Shown here piece by piece: positions 17,058 to 27,252 of a DNA stretch of 52,633 bases. A program made the position numbers and the translations under genes. The notes under the pieces are model-generated. The model did not search any database and was not told the DNA's origin. It was given only the letters and a program-made list of their open reading frames with translations. Numbering within the stretch: position 1 is the first letter of the stretch; every line of letters starts with the position of its first letter. Source of the DNA: Candidatus Enterocola sp. (GTDB lineage: Bacteria > Bacteroidota > Bacteroidia > Bacteroidales > Paludibacteraceae); NCBI GenBank assembly GCA_045616965.1, contig JAZLHT010000070.1:1-52633 (forward strand). The letters run 5' to 3'.

Positions 17058-17678
17058 ATGATTAAGAGTTTGCAAAATATTCAATCGACATTTTCTCTTG
17101 TGAGAATATATATGGTACTTGTGACCGTTATAACTATTGCTGTATCTGGATATGCAGTGTGGAAATCATTCCAATTTGCAGAAAAGCAGAGAGAAAAAAT
17201 ATATGTCTTGGACGGTGGAGCGTCATTGCTTATGGCATTGCAACAAGATGTGAATCAAAATAGACCGGCTGAGGCAAGGGCACATGTAAAATTGTTTCAT
17301 GAGTATTTTTTTACCATTTCACCGGATAAAAGTTCAATTGAGCAAAGATTGGTACAGGCATTGGCATTAGCAGGTAATGATGCGTATGAGCAATATATGA
17401 ATCTGAAGGAGGAAGGCTTTTATGATAGAGTGATAGCCGCTGGAATAAACTGTGAGATACAGACTGATAGCGTAATAGTTGATACTGGTTCTTACCCGTT
17501 TAAGGCGTATTATTATGGCAAGACAGCCATAGTAAGAAGTTCTAATATAACGTATAGGAATCTAGAAACGCAATGTGAGTTAATCTCTTGTGCAAGGTCA
17601 GACAATAATCCGCACGGATTTGTCATAGAGAGATGGAAAATATTGGATAACAGTGATTTATCTGTAGTAAATAAGTAA
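17058..17678 (+). CDS. traK: TraK conjugative transposon protein (VirB8/9-like)
   Basis: FAEKQREKIYVLDGG...NRPAEARAHVKLFHEYFFTISPDK...SDNNPHGFVIERW closely matches remembered CTnDOT TraK. Confidence 0.9.
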   Translation: MIKSLQNIQSTFSLVRIYMVLVTVITIAVSGYAVWKSFQFAEKQREKIYVLDGGASLLMALQQDVNQNRPAEARAHVKLFHEYFFTISPDKSSIEQRLVQALALAGNDAYEQYMNLKEEGFYDRVIAAGINCEIQTDSVIVDTGSYPFKAYYYGKTAIVRSSNITYRNLETQCELISCARSDNNPHGFVIERWKILDNSDLSVVNK

Positions 17679-17872
17679 TGAACAAAACGGAATATTATAG
17701 AAAACGCATTGCTCTTATAATTAAGAGCATAAGTGACAGATTCAGTTCTTATTTAAATGAAATGAATCCTTCAAAAAGAAAGTGTGCGTTAATAGTGGCA
17801 TTTGTTGTTTGCCTGACAGTACTTGTAATTCAAACAATGGTGGCGTATTTTAAACTTATAGATAAAATTTAA
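17678..17872 (+). CDS. traL: TraL-like small membrane protein
   Basis: 64 aa with a single TM segment. It sits between traK and traM as in CTnDOT-type operons. The call rests on position and size only. Confidence 0.45.
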   Translation: MNKTEYYRKRIALIIKSISDRFSSYLNEMNPSKRKCALIVAFVVCLTVLVIQTMVAYFKLIDKI

Positions 17873-17873
17873 T

Positions 17874-18938
17874 ATGAGCAGAAAACAGAAATCTCTTCAC
17901 ATCTATTCGGTATTTGCATTGGTATTTGTAATAGTTACATATTTTGTATTAGGTGGCGGAAAGCAATCAGATATCAATGCAATGGGAAAATCGTATGGCA
18001 TAAACATGGATATACCTAATTCCAAAGAGGAGGATTTGGCGGCAAACAGATTTGCTGCTGAAAAAAGAGAGGAGATACGCAATCAAGAACAAAATCATAG
18101 GAATATGGTGCAAAAGCATTCGTTCAGTATTGTACAGCACGACACAATAATAGAATCCGATAGGGCCCGCATAGCATCTCAAAGTCTAAACCACAAAACT
18201 TGTATATCATCCGGCATTAGGGAGGATGAGAAAAAGCGTAAAATGGAGAATAAATACGAAAGAAGGGAAAAGATAATGAGAAAAAAGCGGGCTCAATTGG
18301 AGGAAAAATTGGGAATCAACCTCTCTGATTATGGATATACTAAATACGAGATACCTGAAGAAGTTGTTACGCCAAAAGCAGATACAATTGAAATTGCATC
18401 TAATGCAGGTGTTGCGGAAAGCGTCAATTCAGAATCACATGGGTTTTATGGTTTGGAATCAGAGGTTGATAATTTTGAAGGAGATGTAAAAGCGGTTGTC
18501 CATGGGGATCAAAAAAATCTTAAATCGGGAGCGATAGTGAAATTGAGACTAATTGAAACTCTTGAAGTAGAGGGCGTTAATGTTCCAAAAAATACATTTG
18601 TTTATGGAAAACTGACTTTTGGAAACGGGAGAGGAATAATTAAAATACAGAACATAAACTATAGAAATAAAATTCTTCAGTTTAGAGGAACTGTTTACGA
18701 CAGTGATGGATTTGAGGGGATATATGTTCCGGATAACATTGTCAGTGACACAAAATCCAAGGCGGCATCGTCGGCGGTGGGTAGTGTAGATATTAAGGCG
18801 GGCTCTAAAAATAAGATGATAAATTCCGCCATTTCTTCAATAGGCGATGTAATTAAAAATGCGGTACAAGGCTCGATAAAAGAATCAAAAATATCCATTT
18901 CATCCAATTATTCAGTAACAATAAAACGAATAAAATGA
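17874..18938 (+). CDS. traM: TraM conjugative transposon protein (VirB10-like)
   Basis: N-terminal TM segment. The C-terminal VKAVVHGDQK...VKLRLIE...VYDSDGFEGIYVPDN matches the conserved TraM C-domain. Confidence 0.8.
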   Translation: MSRKQKSLHIYSVFALVFVIVTYFVLGGGKQSDINAMGKSYGINMDIPNSKEEDLAANRFAAEKREEIRNQEQNHRNMVQKHSFSIVQHDTIIESDRARIASQSLNHKTCISSGIREDEKKRKMENKYERREKIMRKKRAQLEEKLGINLSDYGYTKYEIPEEVVTPKADTIEIASNAGVAESVNSESHGFYGLESEVDNFEGDVKAVVHGDQKNLKSGAIVKLRLIETLEVEGVNVPKNTFVYGKLTFGNGRGIIKIQNINYRNKILQFRGTVYDSDGFEGIYVPDNIVSDTKSKAASSAVGSVDIKAGSKNKMINSAISSIGDVIKNAVQGSIKESKISISSNYSVTIKRIK

Positions 18939-20026
18939 AGAATCTTAAATTTTACTTATTCGCTATTTCCGCTATTGTGGCATCAAATGGTCACTTATAT
19001 GCAGAGGAATCAGAACAATTGCAATTGAACGATACTCATTGTGTGGTGCTTAAATTTTCAAGTGATGTCAAGTATGTTGATTTTGGCAGCAGTGCCATTG
19101 TGGGAGAGAGACTTTCATCAGATAAAATGTTAAAATTGCAAAGTTCCAAGCCTGATTTTCCGGAATCAACCATTTCTGTAGTAACATCAGACGGAGGATA
19201 CCATCAATTTAACGTCGTCTATTCACAGAATCCCGAAAAATATGTGTGGCAACAGGAGGGAGAGTCATTTTTTACCGATTCCATCGGGTTTTCTTCTGAA
19301 AAAACAACGCACTTTATATGTGATGAGAAAATTAACGATATTGTATTGGGTAGTAATTCCATAATAGCGGCATACGCTGATAAAATAGAAAATATTATCA
19401 AGGCAAAAGCATTAAATGCAGATTTTGCTGAGACAAATATTCATTTTATTACTGAAACCGGATACGTCTATACCTTCATTGTAAAACCTGATCCTTCCCC
19501 TGACAGACTGTCTGTGCAACTGTCGTCAGATGAAGATCAGTCGTCGCAAGCCATTTTCAGAAATAATTCCGTAAATGATAAGCAGATGAACTCTTTTGCC
19601 AAAAAACTTGTTGAGGTAAAACCGTCGCTTAATGATATCGGAGTAATTAAATCTAAAATGGTTTTTGCGATGTCTGGCATATATGCCTATAATGATATGC
19701 TTGTTTTTAGATTTGATATTCAGAACTATGGTAAAATTGAGTATGAACTTGATTTTATGAAGGGTTATGTTAAAGATAAAAAAGAGACTAAGACCACTGC
19801 AATTCAGGAGGAGGAGATAATTCCTGTTTATGTTTATTTCTCTAAAAGTGTGTCTCCTTCCATTCTTAAGGGTGGAGAGAAAGAATCTATTGTAATGTTT
19901 TTCTCAAGATTCACTATTCCGCCAAGCAGAATCCTCTACTTTGAAATGTTCGAGAAAAATGGAGGCAGGCATCTTGCATTTCCTGTTTCAGACAGGGAGT
20001 TGTTGAAGGCAAAGGCATTATATTAA
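18935..20026 (+). CDS. traN: TraN conjugative transposon protein (DUF4138, VirB9-like)
   Basis: Duplicated ...VVTSDGGYHQFNVVY.../...FITETGYVYTFIV... modules. The C-terminal GIYAYNDMLVFRFDIQNYGKIEYELDF...DKKETKTTAIQEEEIIPVYVY matches TraN. Confidence 0.75.
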   Translation: MKNLKFYLFAISAIVASNGHLYAEESEQLQLNDTHCVVLKFSSDVKYVDFGSSAIVGERLSSDKMLKLQSSKPDFPESTISVVTSDGGYHQFNVVYSQNPEKYVWQQEGESFFTDSIGFSSEKTTHFICDEKINDIVLGSNSIIAAYADKIENIIKAKALNADFAETNIHFITETGYVYTFIVKPDPSPDRLSVQLSSDEDQSSQAIFRNNSVNDKQMNSFAKKLVEVKPSLNDIGVIKSKMVFAMSGIYAYNDMLVFRFDIQNYGKIEYELDFMKGYVKDKKETKTTAIQEEEIIPVYVYFSKSVSPSILKGGEKESIVMFFSRFTIPPSRILYFEMFEKNGGRHLAFPVSDRELLKAKALY

Positions 20027-20041
20027 CTAACATTATTTTAT

Positions 20042-20587
20042 ATGAGAAGGATTTTATTTAATTTTTTATTGGCGGCGATTATGTTTTTTTGTGTATCTCT
20101 TGCATACGCAGAATCATCGATATCGCATATCAAGGGTATGAATGCCATAGGGATTAGGGCAGGGACAGGATTAGGTCAGACATTTGATGTGGGGGTACTG
20201 TATCAATATCACTTTTCTAAAAGATGGTCATTCCTTGTAAATGTGGATTTTGAAAAAGGTAAATTCAAAAATGCAGATTTTTGGGGAATAAAGATACATC
20301 CTGGTGTTGAGTGCAGTGTTTGGCATCCTATTTCGTGGTTTTATCTTCATCTTTTGGGTGATATAAATTTAGGTTATGATGATTGGAGAAACAAAGACAT
20401 AGACAAAATCACGTCGGGATTTGTAATGGGACTTGATTTGGGTATGAATTTTGAATTTTACGCAGTTCCGCAACTTTCATTTGTGTTGCAGGCACAGCAA
20501 GGTTGGGATTGGGGCTTTTATAAAAGCGGGGGATACAACTATTTTCATCCTCTGTTCTCTTTAGGTATTAAGTATAACATTAAATAA
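20042..20587 (+). CDS. traO: TraO-like small outer-membrane beta-barrel protein
   Basis: Signal peptide and alternating beta-strand pattern. The MNAIGIRAGTG...Y.Y...KRWSFLVNVDFEKG layout is like TraO and the gene follows traN. Confidence 0.6.
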   Translation: MRRILFNFLLAAIMFFCVSLAYAESSISHIKGMNAIGIRAGTGLGQTFDVGVLYQYHFSKRWSFLVNVDFEKGKFKNADFWGIKIHPGVECSVWHPISWFYLHLLGDINLGYDDWRNKDIDKITSGFVMGLDLGMNFEFYAVPQLSFVLQAQQGWDWGFYKSGGYNYFHPLFSLGIKYNIK

Positions 20588-20593
20588 AAGATT

Positions 20594-23500
20594 ATGAAAA
20601 AAATATTAACCGTACTGTTTGTATTATTTATAGTGTCAAATTTCTCTTTTGCATATCAAAGTTATTGGGACGGAATATCGACATCAGTTTTTAAAGTAAA
20701 GGATATGATGAGGAAAATGCCCGAAGCGTCCAATGCTTATGTTTCAATAAACAAGCAATTGATTACTGACGGAAAGTTGGATTGTTCCGTTTCAATGAAT
20801 TTGACTTGGCATAATTTTTTTACTCGAGGTCCCTTTTTTAGTGATATTTGCGGTTTTTGGACTGTGGTTGAAATTAACTACGAGAGAAGGGTGTATTATG
20901 CACTTGCAACTTCTAACTCCTATACCGAACTTCAGTCTCTTAGGGTTAAAGATGGAAAATTTGATGTGAGGAGTGTATCTATGCGCCCATCGGATGATGT
21001 AGACTATGGAACTAGAATGCAGGAATGCTCAACTGAATTCAGAGATTTTATTGAATCGGACATAAGTAATCTGACTCCAAATAAAGAGTATAAGTTAAAG
21101 GTGGAGTACTTTTTTACGGTAGTGCCAGAAGCAGATATTTGCGGCTCAAATTATGACGCTACAGAAACAACAAGATATGTAACAAAACAAACTGTTTCTA
21201 TAGGGAATATGAATACAGGTGCAGATGCAAAATTTAAGTTATATTCTTCTGTTGTCAATTCAGTAATAAATGCCAATAGTTTGTTTAATCCTATATACAA
21301 TACAGGTTCAGGAGACAGATATTTGATATATGATAATCCCGACGCAGTTATCGCTGTTGTTGCGGATAAATTGAATTTACCGTCAAAGGTCGAAGTTGAA
21401 AGTGGTACAAATGTATCTTGCAAATATGGTGCAGGTGCGTATATTGCATCAATAGGGTCATCGTCATTGCCTACAGAGATAGATACATATATTCCTACCA
21501 CCGGAGGGTGTGGTATATACGTTAAAGATTGCTCCAAAAACTGCAACGGGCTGTCAAATGTAAATGTTCAGTTTGTGAATGACAATGTGTTGCAAAAATC
21601 GTTTCTTTTGTCCAAAGGCGGCTTGCAGAGAAATGTCTGTTATAAAAGATGGACAAACATTATGCAACGTTCTATTGATGAAGGCATGAGCGTTTATGAT
21701 GAAAACACATTAGAGCATTTTGATATATATGATTCTAATGATTACAGAATGAGCAGAATGTTTCATTTAAGAGATTTGTCTAATGTGGATGTATATACAA
21801 AAAAAGGATATGGAGCAGGAACTACAATAAAAATTCAAAATTCGGCTTTGTATAATGGTTCTTTCCAAAATTCCATGCGTGAAGATCTTGCAGATTTCTA
21901 TGCATTAGGATATATGTATTACGGTCCATCTATAGATAAGGAAATTGCGACAGGGAAGGGGACTGTAAGTAATATTCTCGTGTTTGAGGTAGTGAATGAA
22001 GCTAAATTGCCGGCTGTCAGTACTTCTGATAAATTACCAAAGATGACTTGTATAACAGATTCTCTTGTTAAGGAGGGCGATTTTATACATTTAAAAGGGT
22101 CTGCCATACAATGCGGAAATTACTCTGAAACCATATACAATCCGGATTATATATGGGAGGTGTCATTCAATGGTGCTGATTGGGAGACTCTTGATAAGAA
22201 ATCATTTTCAAAATATATAATTGATAGAAACAGTTTGGGTTTTGCCGTAGTTGTTGACCCTGATAGAGATATATTAGTTAAATCAACAATTTTAAAAAAC
22301 AGGAGCCAAGCCCAATTTAGACAAAAAGTTATATTAAGATCGTTTGCCTCAGATGAGTTTAGTCCGTTATATAACTATAGAATTGATGACAAATATTACA
22401 TTTCCATAGTGTCAGGCGATTTTTATACGTATATCCCAACTCCGATATTGGATCAGGATAATATCGCTTTTACTCCTTCAACATTTCCTTTGGAGCAGAG
22501 ATTATGTAAAGGCGATGTTCTTACAAAAAATAAAATATCATTTAAATTGAAGAGTTCCACCAATGTAAGCGCTGATAAAATCGGAAAATTATCCGAAATA
22601 GCCGATTATAAAATTTATGAGTTACATGGAGATACTGTTGGAAAATTAGTCTCAAATGCAGCGTCATATACGATTAATTATTCGGGTAAGACAATAGGTT
22701 TCAGATGTGTGATTTCATGGTGTAATGATTCTATCTACAAGGATGTGCACATAATAGCTAATGATGATGAATCCATTGAGTTGAAAGACATTTACTCAAA
22801 TGTTGTGATTGTAGAAAGAAACGAGACTGAAAATAAGTTAAAACTGCTTTGCCAAAGAGGGGTTGTCCCTACTATTTCTTTATTTGAAAAGGTGAATAAT
22901 GAATTTGATTATCAATATCGTGGAGTGTCACCATACTCGAATCCCATTATTACTGTAAATGATTTTTCTTCAATGTCAAGGACAAAAATCATCTCATTTA
23001 TGAAAAGTGCTAATTGGGACTATGAGGCTGAAACAGGTACAGATGTTGATAATACTGGAATTGATGCGTTGAGAGCGTGGTGTCGTGTTAAAGAGGATAA
23101 AACTAACGCAATGATTGTTTCCAATGCAAAAAACAACTACGTAAGTGCAAACGCATGGTATGGGTTTACTGATAACAATATAACAGAGTTGCCTGTTTCA
23201 AATGCAACAGCTTCTGATATGAGTTTTTATGTAATGAAGCAGAACGTTAAAACTAAATGCTATAGTGATAGTGTAAAAATAGAAATTGTTTTTTTTGATG
23301 GCATAGAGGATAATAAGATTGCTTTTTCCGCAGCATCAGATGCTTCAAAGAGTGAAGTGTATGTTATGGAGAATACAAATTCCCCTGCGATTAAGGGATA
23401 TGTGATAAAAGGTGGTTATGGAGTTCCGTCCAAAGAAAACAGCTTTAAATACGTATATCGCTACATCTATAGAGAAAGCGGAGGTGTTTGGCAACAGTTG

Positions 23501-24586
23501 GGATCTGATATAGAAGTGTATGGTGACAATAATAAAAATGTGTCGTTGAAGGCTGGTGCATTGGCAATGGATCGATTGTATCAAGTGGCGAGAGTCGTTT
23601 ATTCAAGAGTTGGCAACGATATTCTCACTCAAGTGACAGATACAAGTAATATTTTGACTATAAATGTAATAGAAGAATTAAAGACTGATGATATAGAAAT
23701 TTATAATAATGGTTCATGTGCCGGTGTTGTTGTTACATTAGGAGTTCCCAATTATGACCCTTCTAAAAAAATTAAGGATGCGACACGCTTTATCTGGTCT
23801 GCCAGCGATACTGCGGTAAAGATTATTTCTTACGATGAAATGGAAAGATATTGCAGTTTGTACAATACTCGTTCAGATTTTAATGTTTATGTTTATAGAA
23901 CAGACACAATAACCGGTGCAAGAACTAAAACTGTGGAAATACCTATAGATGTTGTAGAGGTCAAGCCTAAGTTTTCTATTACTGCAGATGGGGTGACAAG
24001 AAATATAATGGATTACCCCAATGAGAATTTTTACTTTCAAAGTGGAACCAGATTTGTGTTAAATAATAGCAGCGAAGGGGCAGACAGTTATCTATGGAAT
24101 TTGGAATTACAATATTATAGCGGTTCTGAAATTGAAGGGCTGACCTCATATGTTGAAAATCCTGTTTGTTATCTCTACAATCCAGGTCAGAATAGAATAA
24201 GGCTTACCGCTATGAACTCGTTGGGGTGTGAATCTCAAATTACAGCAGAAAATATCTATATACAATCTTCTTCCGTTAAAAATGCCACAGTAAATTCGCA
24301 TTTTGAAAGAAGTGGAGTCACACCTCAATTTCCAAATGAATTTACTTCTGGTTATGAGGTTTATCCTACTGTCACAACAGGGGATGACATAAATATCTAT
24401 TATTCAAAAGGGTTGTTCCGCTATACCCTTATGGATTCAATGGGGCGGATTATATTGGAAGGTGTATCTGATATGTTCAGAAAAATTGATTATGAGAATC
24501 TTTCTGACGGAGTTTCCACTTTAGTCTTGGAAGCTGGGGACAACGGCAATTCAAATAATAAAATCATCAGACTTATAAAACAATAA
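20594..24586 (+). CDS. Large secreted protein (1330 aa) with a PKD-like domain and a T9SS C-terminal sorting domain
   Basis: Signal peptide MKKILTVLFVLFIVSNFSFA. PKD-like segment at about 23963-24265 (KPKFSITADG...FVLNNSSEGADSYLWNL...NPVCYLYNPGQNRIRLTAMNSLGCES). CTD at about 24350-24583 (VYPTVTTGDDINIYYS...YTLMDSMGRIILEG...LSDGVSTLVLEAG...IIRLIKQ) fits the Por_Secre_tail pattern. Confidence 0.75.
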   Translation: MKKILTVLFVLFIVSNFSFAYQSYWDGISTSVFKVKDMMRKMPEASNAYVSINKQLITDGKLDCSVSMNLTWHNFFTRGPFFSDICGFWTVVEINYERRVYYALATSNSYTELQSLRVKDGKFDVRSVSMRPSDDVDYGTRMQECSTEFRDFIESDISNLTPNKEYKLKVEYFFTVVPEADICGSNYDATETTRYVTKQTVSIGNMNTGADAKFKLYSSVVNSVINANSLFNPIYNTGSGDRYLIYDNPDAVIAVVADKLNLPSKVEVESGTNVSCKYGAGAYIASIGSSSLPTEIDTYIPTTGGCGIYVKDCSKNCNGLSNVNVQFVNDNVLQKSFLLSKGGLQRNVCYKRWTNIMQRSIDEGMSVYDENTLEHFDIYDSNDYRMSRMFHLRDLSNVDVYTKKGYGAGTTIKIQNSALYNGSFQNSMREDLADFYALGYMYYGPSIDKEIATGKGTVSNILVFEVVNEAKLPAVSTSDKLPKMTCITDSLVKEGDFIHLKGSAIQCGNYSETIYNPDYIWEVSFNGADWETLDKKSFSKYIIDRNSLGFAVVVDPDRDILVKSTILKNRSQAQFRQKVILRSFASDEFSPLYNYRIDDKYYISIVSGDFYTYIPTPILDQDNIAFTPSTFPLEQRLCKGDVLTKNKISFKLKSSTNVSADKIGKLSEIADYKIYELHGDTVGKLVSNAASYTINYSGKTIGFRCVISWCNDSIYKDVHIIANDDESIELKDIYSNVVIVERNETENKLKLLCQRGVVPTISLFEKVNNEFDYQYRGVSPYSNPIITVNDFSSMSRTKIISFMKSANWDYEAETGTDVDNTGIDALRAWCRVKEDKTNAMIVSNAKNNYVSANAWYGFTDNNITELPVSNATASDMSFYVMKQNVKTKCYSDSVKIEIVFFDGIEDNKIAFSAASDASKSEVYVMENTNSPAIKGYVIKGGYGVPSKENSFKYVYRYIYRESGGVWQQLGSDIEVYGDNNKNVSLKAGALAMDRLYQVARVVYSRVGNDILTQVTDTSNILTINVIEELKTDDIEIYNNGSCAGVVVTLGVPNYDPSKKIKDATRFIWSASDTAVKIISYDEMERYCSLYNTRSDFNVYVYRTDTITGARTKTVEIPIDVVEVKPKFSITADGVTRNIMDYPNENFYFQSGTRFVLNNSSEGADSYLWNLELQYYSGSEIEGLTSYVENPVCYLYNPGQNRIRLTAMNSLGCESQITAENIYIQSSSVKNATVNSHFERSGVTPQFPNEFTSGYEVYPTVTTGDDINIYYSKGLFRYTLMDSMGRIILEGVSDMFRKIDYENLSDGVSTLVLEAGDNGNSNNKIIRLIKQ

Positions 24587-24590
24587 TAAT

Positions 24591-25382
24591 ATGAATATTT
24601 CAAAAATTTTATTTTGGGCAAATCTGTTGCTTATATCATCTACAGTACTTGTTTCGTGCGAGACGCGTAACGATTTGTTTCATAAATTCAATGAAGTTCC
24701 ATCTGTTTATGTAAATAGTCAATCCAGAAAATTTGATGATAAAAAATCCGACACTCAATTTATTTTAAGACATGGAGAGAAAAAAACGGTTTATTTTGAT
24801 TATACCGATGACTATATTCAAACGGGACTACATATATCGTTTCAAGTATATAGTGAGCAATCCGTACCTGAATACATAAAATGTACACTTGACTATGATT
24901 CAAGAAAATTAGTTGTTGAAGATACATTGCCACAGCATATATTAAATGATAAGGTTGTCAAATTCACTGTTAAGATATCGGTGACTGATTATTATGGGGA
25001 TAAAGGAGAGGCAGTTATAAATGTTACAGACTATGATAACAATCCTCCTATGCCTATAATACATGTAACCAAAATTCAGGCAATGGAATATTCAATCAGT
25101 GCGGTTGAAACCACAGACCCTGATTCAGATGAGGTTTTGGAGTATGAGTATCTTATAGACGGAGAACCTACTATCATGAAATCAGGTTATGAAAATCAGG
25201 ATAATCCTAAAGATTTGTTAAATCCTGGTATGGCTGGTATAAAAGGTACGTATATAATATCAACCCCGTTAAATGTTGTTAAGCACGCATTCCAGACATC
25301 AGGAACGCATGTTATTTATGTAAGGGCAAAGGATTCTTTAGGTTTATGGAGTGCATGGAGCAGACTTAATATTGATATTTAA
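24591..25382 (+). CDS. Lipoprotein with Ig/cadherin-like features, function unknown
   Basis: Lipobox LVSC followed by ETRND. It contains VTDYDNNPP and TTDPDSDE segments reminiscent of Ig-like or cadherin-like folds. It starts 4 nt after the preceding stop. Confidence 0.55.
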   Translation: MNISKILFWANLLLISSTVLVSCETRNDLFHKFNEVPSVYVNSQSRKFDDKKSDTQFILRHGEKKTVYFDYTDDYIQTGLHISFQVYSEQSVPEYIKCTLDYDSRKLVVEDTLPQHILNDKVVKFTVKISVTDYYGDKGEAVINVTDYDNNPPMPIIHVTKIQAMEYSISAVETTDPDSDEVLEYEYLIDGEPTIMKSGYENQDNPKDLLNPGMAGIKGTYIISTPLNVVKHAFQTSGTHVIYVRAKDSLGLWSAWSRLNIDI

Positions 25383-25393
25383 GAAAAAAGCAG

Positions 25394-25401
25394 TAACTTT
25401 G
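25394..25401 (+). promoter_or_regulatory. -7 promoter box TAACTTTG upstream of rnhB, followed by a 7-bp hairpin (25401-25421)
   Basis: Exact TAnnTTTG match 22 nt before the ATG at 25423. The hairpin is ggagatg-taaaatt-catctcc. Confidence 0.45.
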
Positions 25402-25422
25402 GAGATGTAAAATTCATCTCCA

Positions 25423-26010
25423 ATGTTACTTCCATACTATAAAGAGGGTGTTATTGAGTGCGGTTGCGATGAGGCTGGCAGGGGTTGTCTGGCGGGTTCT
25501 GTGTATGCTGCTGCGGTAATTCTGCCGCCTGATTTCAAGAATGAGCTGCTGAATGACTCCAAACAGCTTACAGAGAAACAGCGATATGCGTTAAGACCTG
25601 TAATAGAGGCTGAGGCTATTGCTTGGGCGGTTGGGGTGGTTACTGCAGAGGAGATAGACAGAATGAATATTCTTAAAGCGTCAATAGTGGCTATGACCAG
25701 AGCCATAAACGCTCTTAAAATAAAACCTGAATATCTAATAATTGACGGTAATAGGTTCTATAATACTACAGGTATTCCGTATAACACCATAGTTAAGGGA
25801 GACGGCAAATACATGTCAATAGCGGCGGCTTCTGTGCTTGCCAAGACTTATCGTGATGATTATATGAATTCTCTTGCTATGGAATATCCTCAATATGGTT
25901 GGGATGTGAATAAAGGATATCCGACTAAAGCTCATAGAGAAGCAATAAGGCGATACGGAGTATCGCCTTATCATAGAATGACTTTTAGTCTGTTAGGTAA
26001 AGATGCTTAA
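25423..26010 (+). CDS. rnhB: Ribonuclease HII
   Basis: The [21 protein letters not shown] catalytic N-terminus and the 195-aa size are typical. Confidence 0.92.
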   Translation: MLLPYYKEGVIECGCDEAGRGCLAGSVYAAAVILPPDFKNELLNDSKQLTEKQRYALRPVIEAEAIAWAVGVVTAEEIDRMNILKASIVAMTRAINALKIKPEYLIIDGNRFYNTTGIPYNTIVKGDGKYMSIAAASVLAKTYRDDYMNSLAMEYPQYGWDVNKGYPTKAHREAIRRYGVSPYHRMTFSLLGKDA

Positions 26011-27233
26011 TGCTTTTCTGCCTCTTCCACCTCTTTTTGCAGTTTTTCAGGCAGATTCTCTACGCAGTGGTGGCACTTCATTTCAAGTGTGTACATACGA
26101 CCAATGCAGTAATTTGAGTGTTTGCATGAGCTATGGTAATTGTCGTCTGAATTTTTCATGTGATTTACAAATTCAGGGTCGTTTACAAGCACACGTGCCA
26201 TCTGTATAAGTTCAAATCCGTTATTGAGTACGGTCTCGCAGTTTGCACGGCTTACCACGCCACCTACATATATAAGCGGACATTTAATCTCTTTACGGAA
26301 TTTTAAGGCATCCTCAAGGAAATAAGTCTCTTTAAAAGGAACAGTAGGTATCAATAGTCTGCCAGCCATCTTCAGACCAAGTTTCAGCCACCAGAAACGC
26401 CATGGATTCATATAATATGAAAGTGTTTTCAGTGGCATTGCTCCACGCATGACGTGCATTGGGGCTTTACTTACAAAACCGGCACTAAGCACTATTCCAT
26501 GAACGCCTGCCTTCTCTATCTCCTTGGCTACGGTAATGCAATCAGGCAATTCCATGCCTCCCTTGAATCCGTCAAACATATTGGTTTTTACAACCACAGC
26601 CATATCATCTTTAGCATGCTCCATAACCTCTGCCAGCACCTCTTTCATAAAGCGCATACGGTTTTCAAGGCTGCCGCCGTACTCATCATGGCGGTGATTT
26701 GTATAAGGAGATATAAATTGTGAAATAAGATAACCATGTCCTGCATGAATCTCCACACAGTCAAATCCCGCTTCGCGGCACATATCCACTGCTTTGCCAA
26801 AATCCTTTACCAAGGATTTTATTTCTGATACTTTAAGCCCTCTGACAAATGTCGGTGAATACATATTGAATCCCGATGAAGCACCCACAGGCAGACAACC
26901 GCATGTATAGAAGTGTGTCATATTGCCACAGTGACCAAGTTGTATGCTTACTTTCGCCCCTTCTGCATGGATGGCATCAGTAAGTTTCTTGAGGTCAGGA
27001 ATAATCTCAGGGCGCATCCACAGTTGCCCTTTAAAAGAGACACCGCTTTTATTTACAGCACAATAGGCAATGGTTGTCATACCAATGCCGCCTTTGGCAA
27101 CACTTGTATGGTAATTGAACAAATCTTGCGATGGCTTGTTGTCATAACACATGTTTTCAAAAGCCGCACTTCTTATTGTACGGTTTCTAAGGGTGATTGG
27201 ACCCAATTTGAATGATGTGAATAGTTCACTCAT
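26007..27233 (-). CDS. NADH:flavin oxidoreductase, Old Yellow Enzyme / 2,4-dienoyl-CoA-reductase-like TIM-barrel with a C-terminal Cys cluster
   Basis: [19 protein letters not shown]..., [33 protein letters not shown] and the C-terminal [21 protein letters not shown]. Confidence 0.8.
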   Translation of the reverse strand: MSELFTSFKLGPITLRNRTIRSAAFENMCYDNKPSQDLFNYHTSVAKGGIGMTTIAYCAVNKSGVSFKGQLWMRPEIIPDLKKLTDAIHAEGAKVSIQLGHCGNMTHFYTCGCLPVGASSGFNMYSPTFVRGLKVSEIKSLVKDFGKAVDMCREAGFDCVEIHAGHGYLISQFISPYTNHRHDEYGGSLENRMRFMKEVLAEVMEHAKDDMAVVVKTNMFDGFKGGMELPDCITVAKEIEKAGVHGIVLSAGFVSKAPMHVMRGAMPLKTLSYYMNPWRFWWLKLGLKMAGRLLIPTVPFKETYFLEDALKFRKEIKCPLIYVGGVVSRANCETVLNNGFELIQMARVLVNDPEFVNHMKNSDDNYHSSCKHSNYCIGRMYTLEMKCHHCVENLPEKLQKEVEEAEKH

Positions 27234-27252
27234 AGTGTTTAATAGTTTAATG

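Larger units (their letters stand above)
12187..20587 (+). mobile_element. Bacteroidetes-type (CTnDOT-like, T4SS-B) conjugative transfer apparatus module traE-traO. No DNA-processing or integration genes occur in the window.
   Basis: Ten consecutive same-strand ORFs are packed tightly or overlap. They match remembered TraE/F/G/I/J/K/L/M/N/O sequences and gene order. Confidence 0.75.

Noticed and set aside
26003-26209. 68-aa + strand ORF downstream of rnhB
   Set aside because: It is antisense to the 3' end of the OYE-type reductase gene and shows no motifs.
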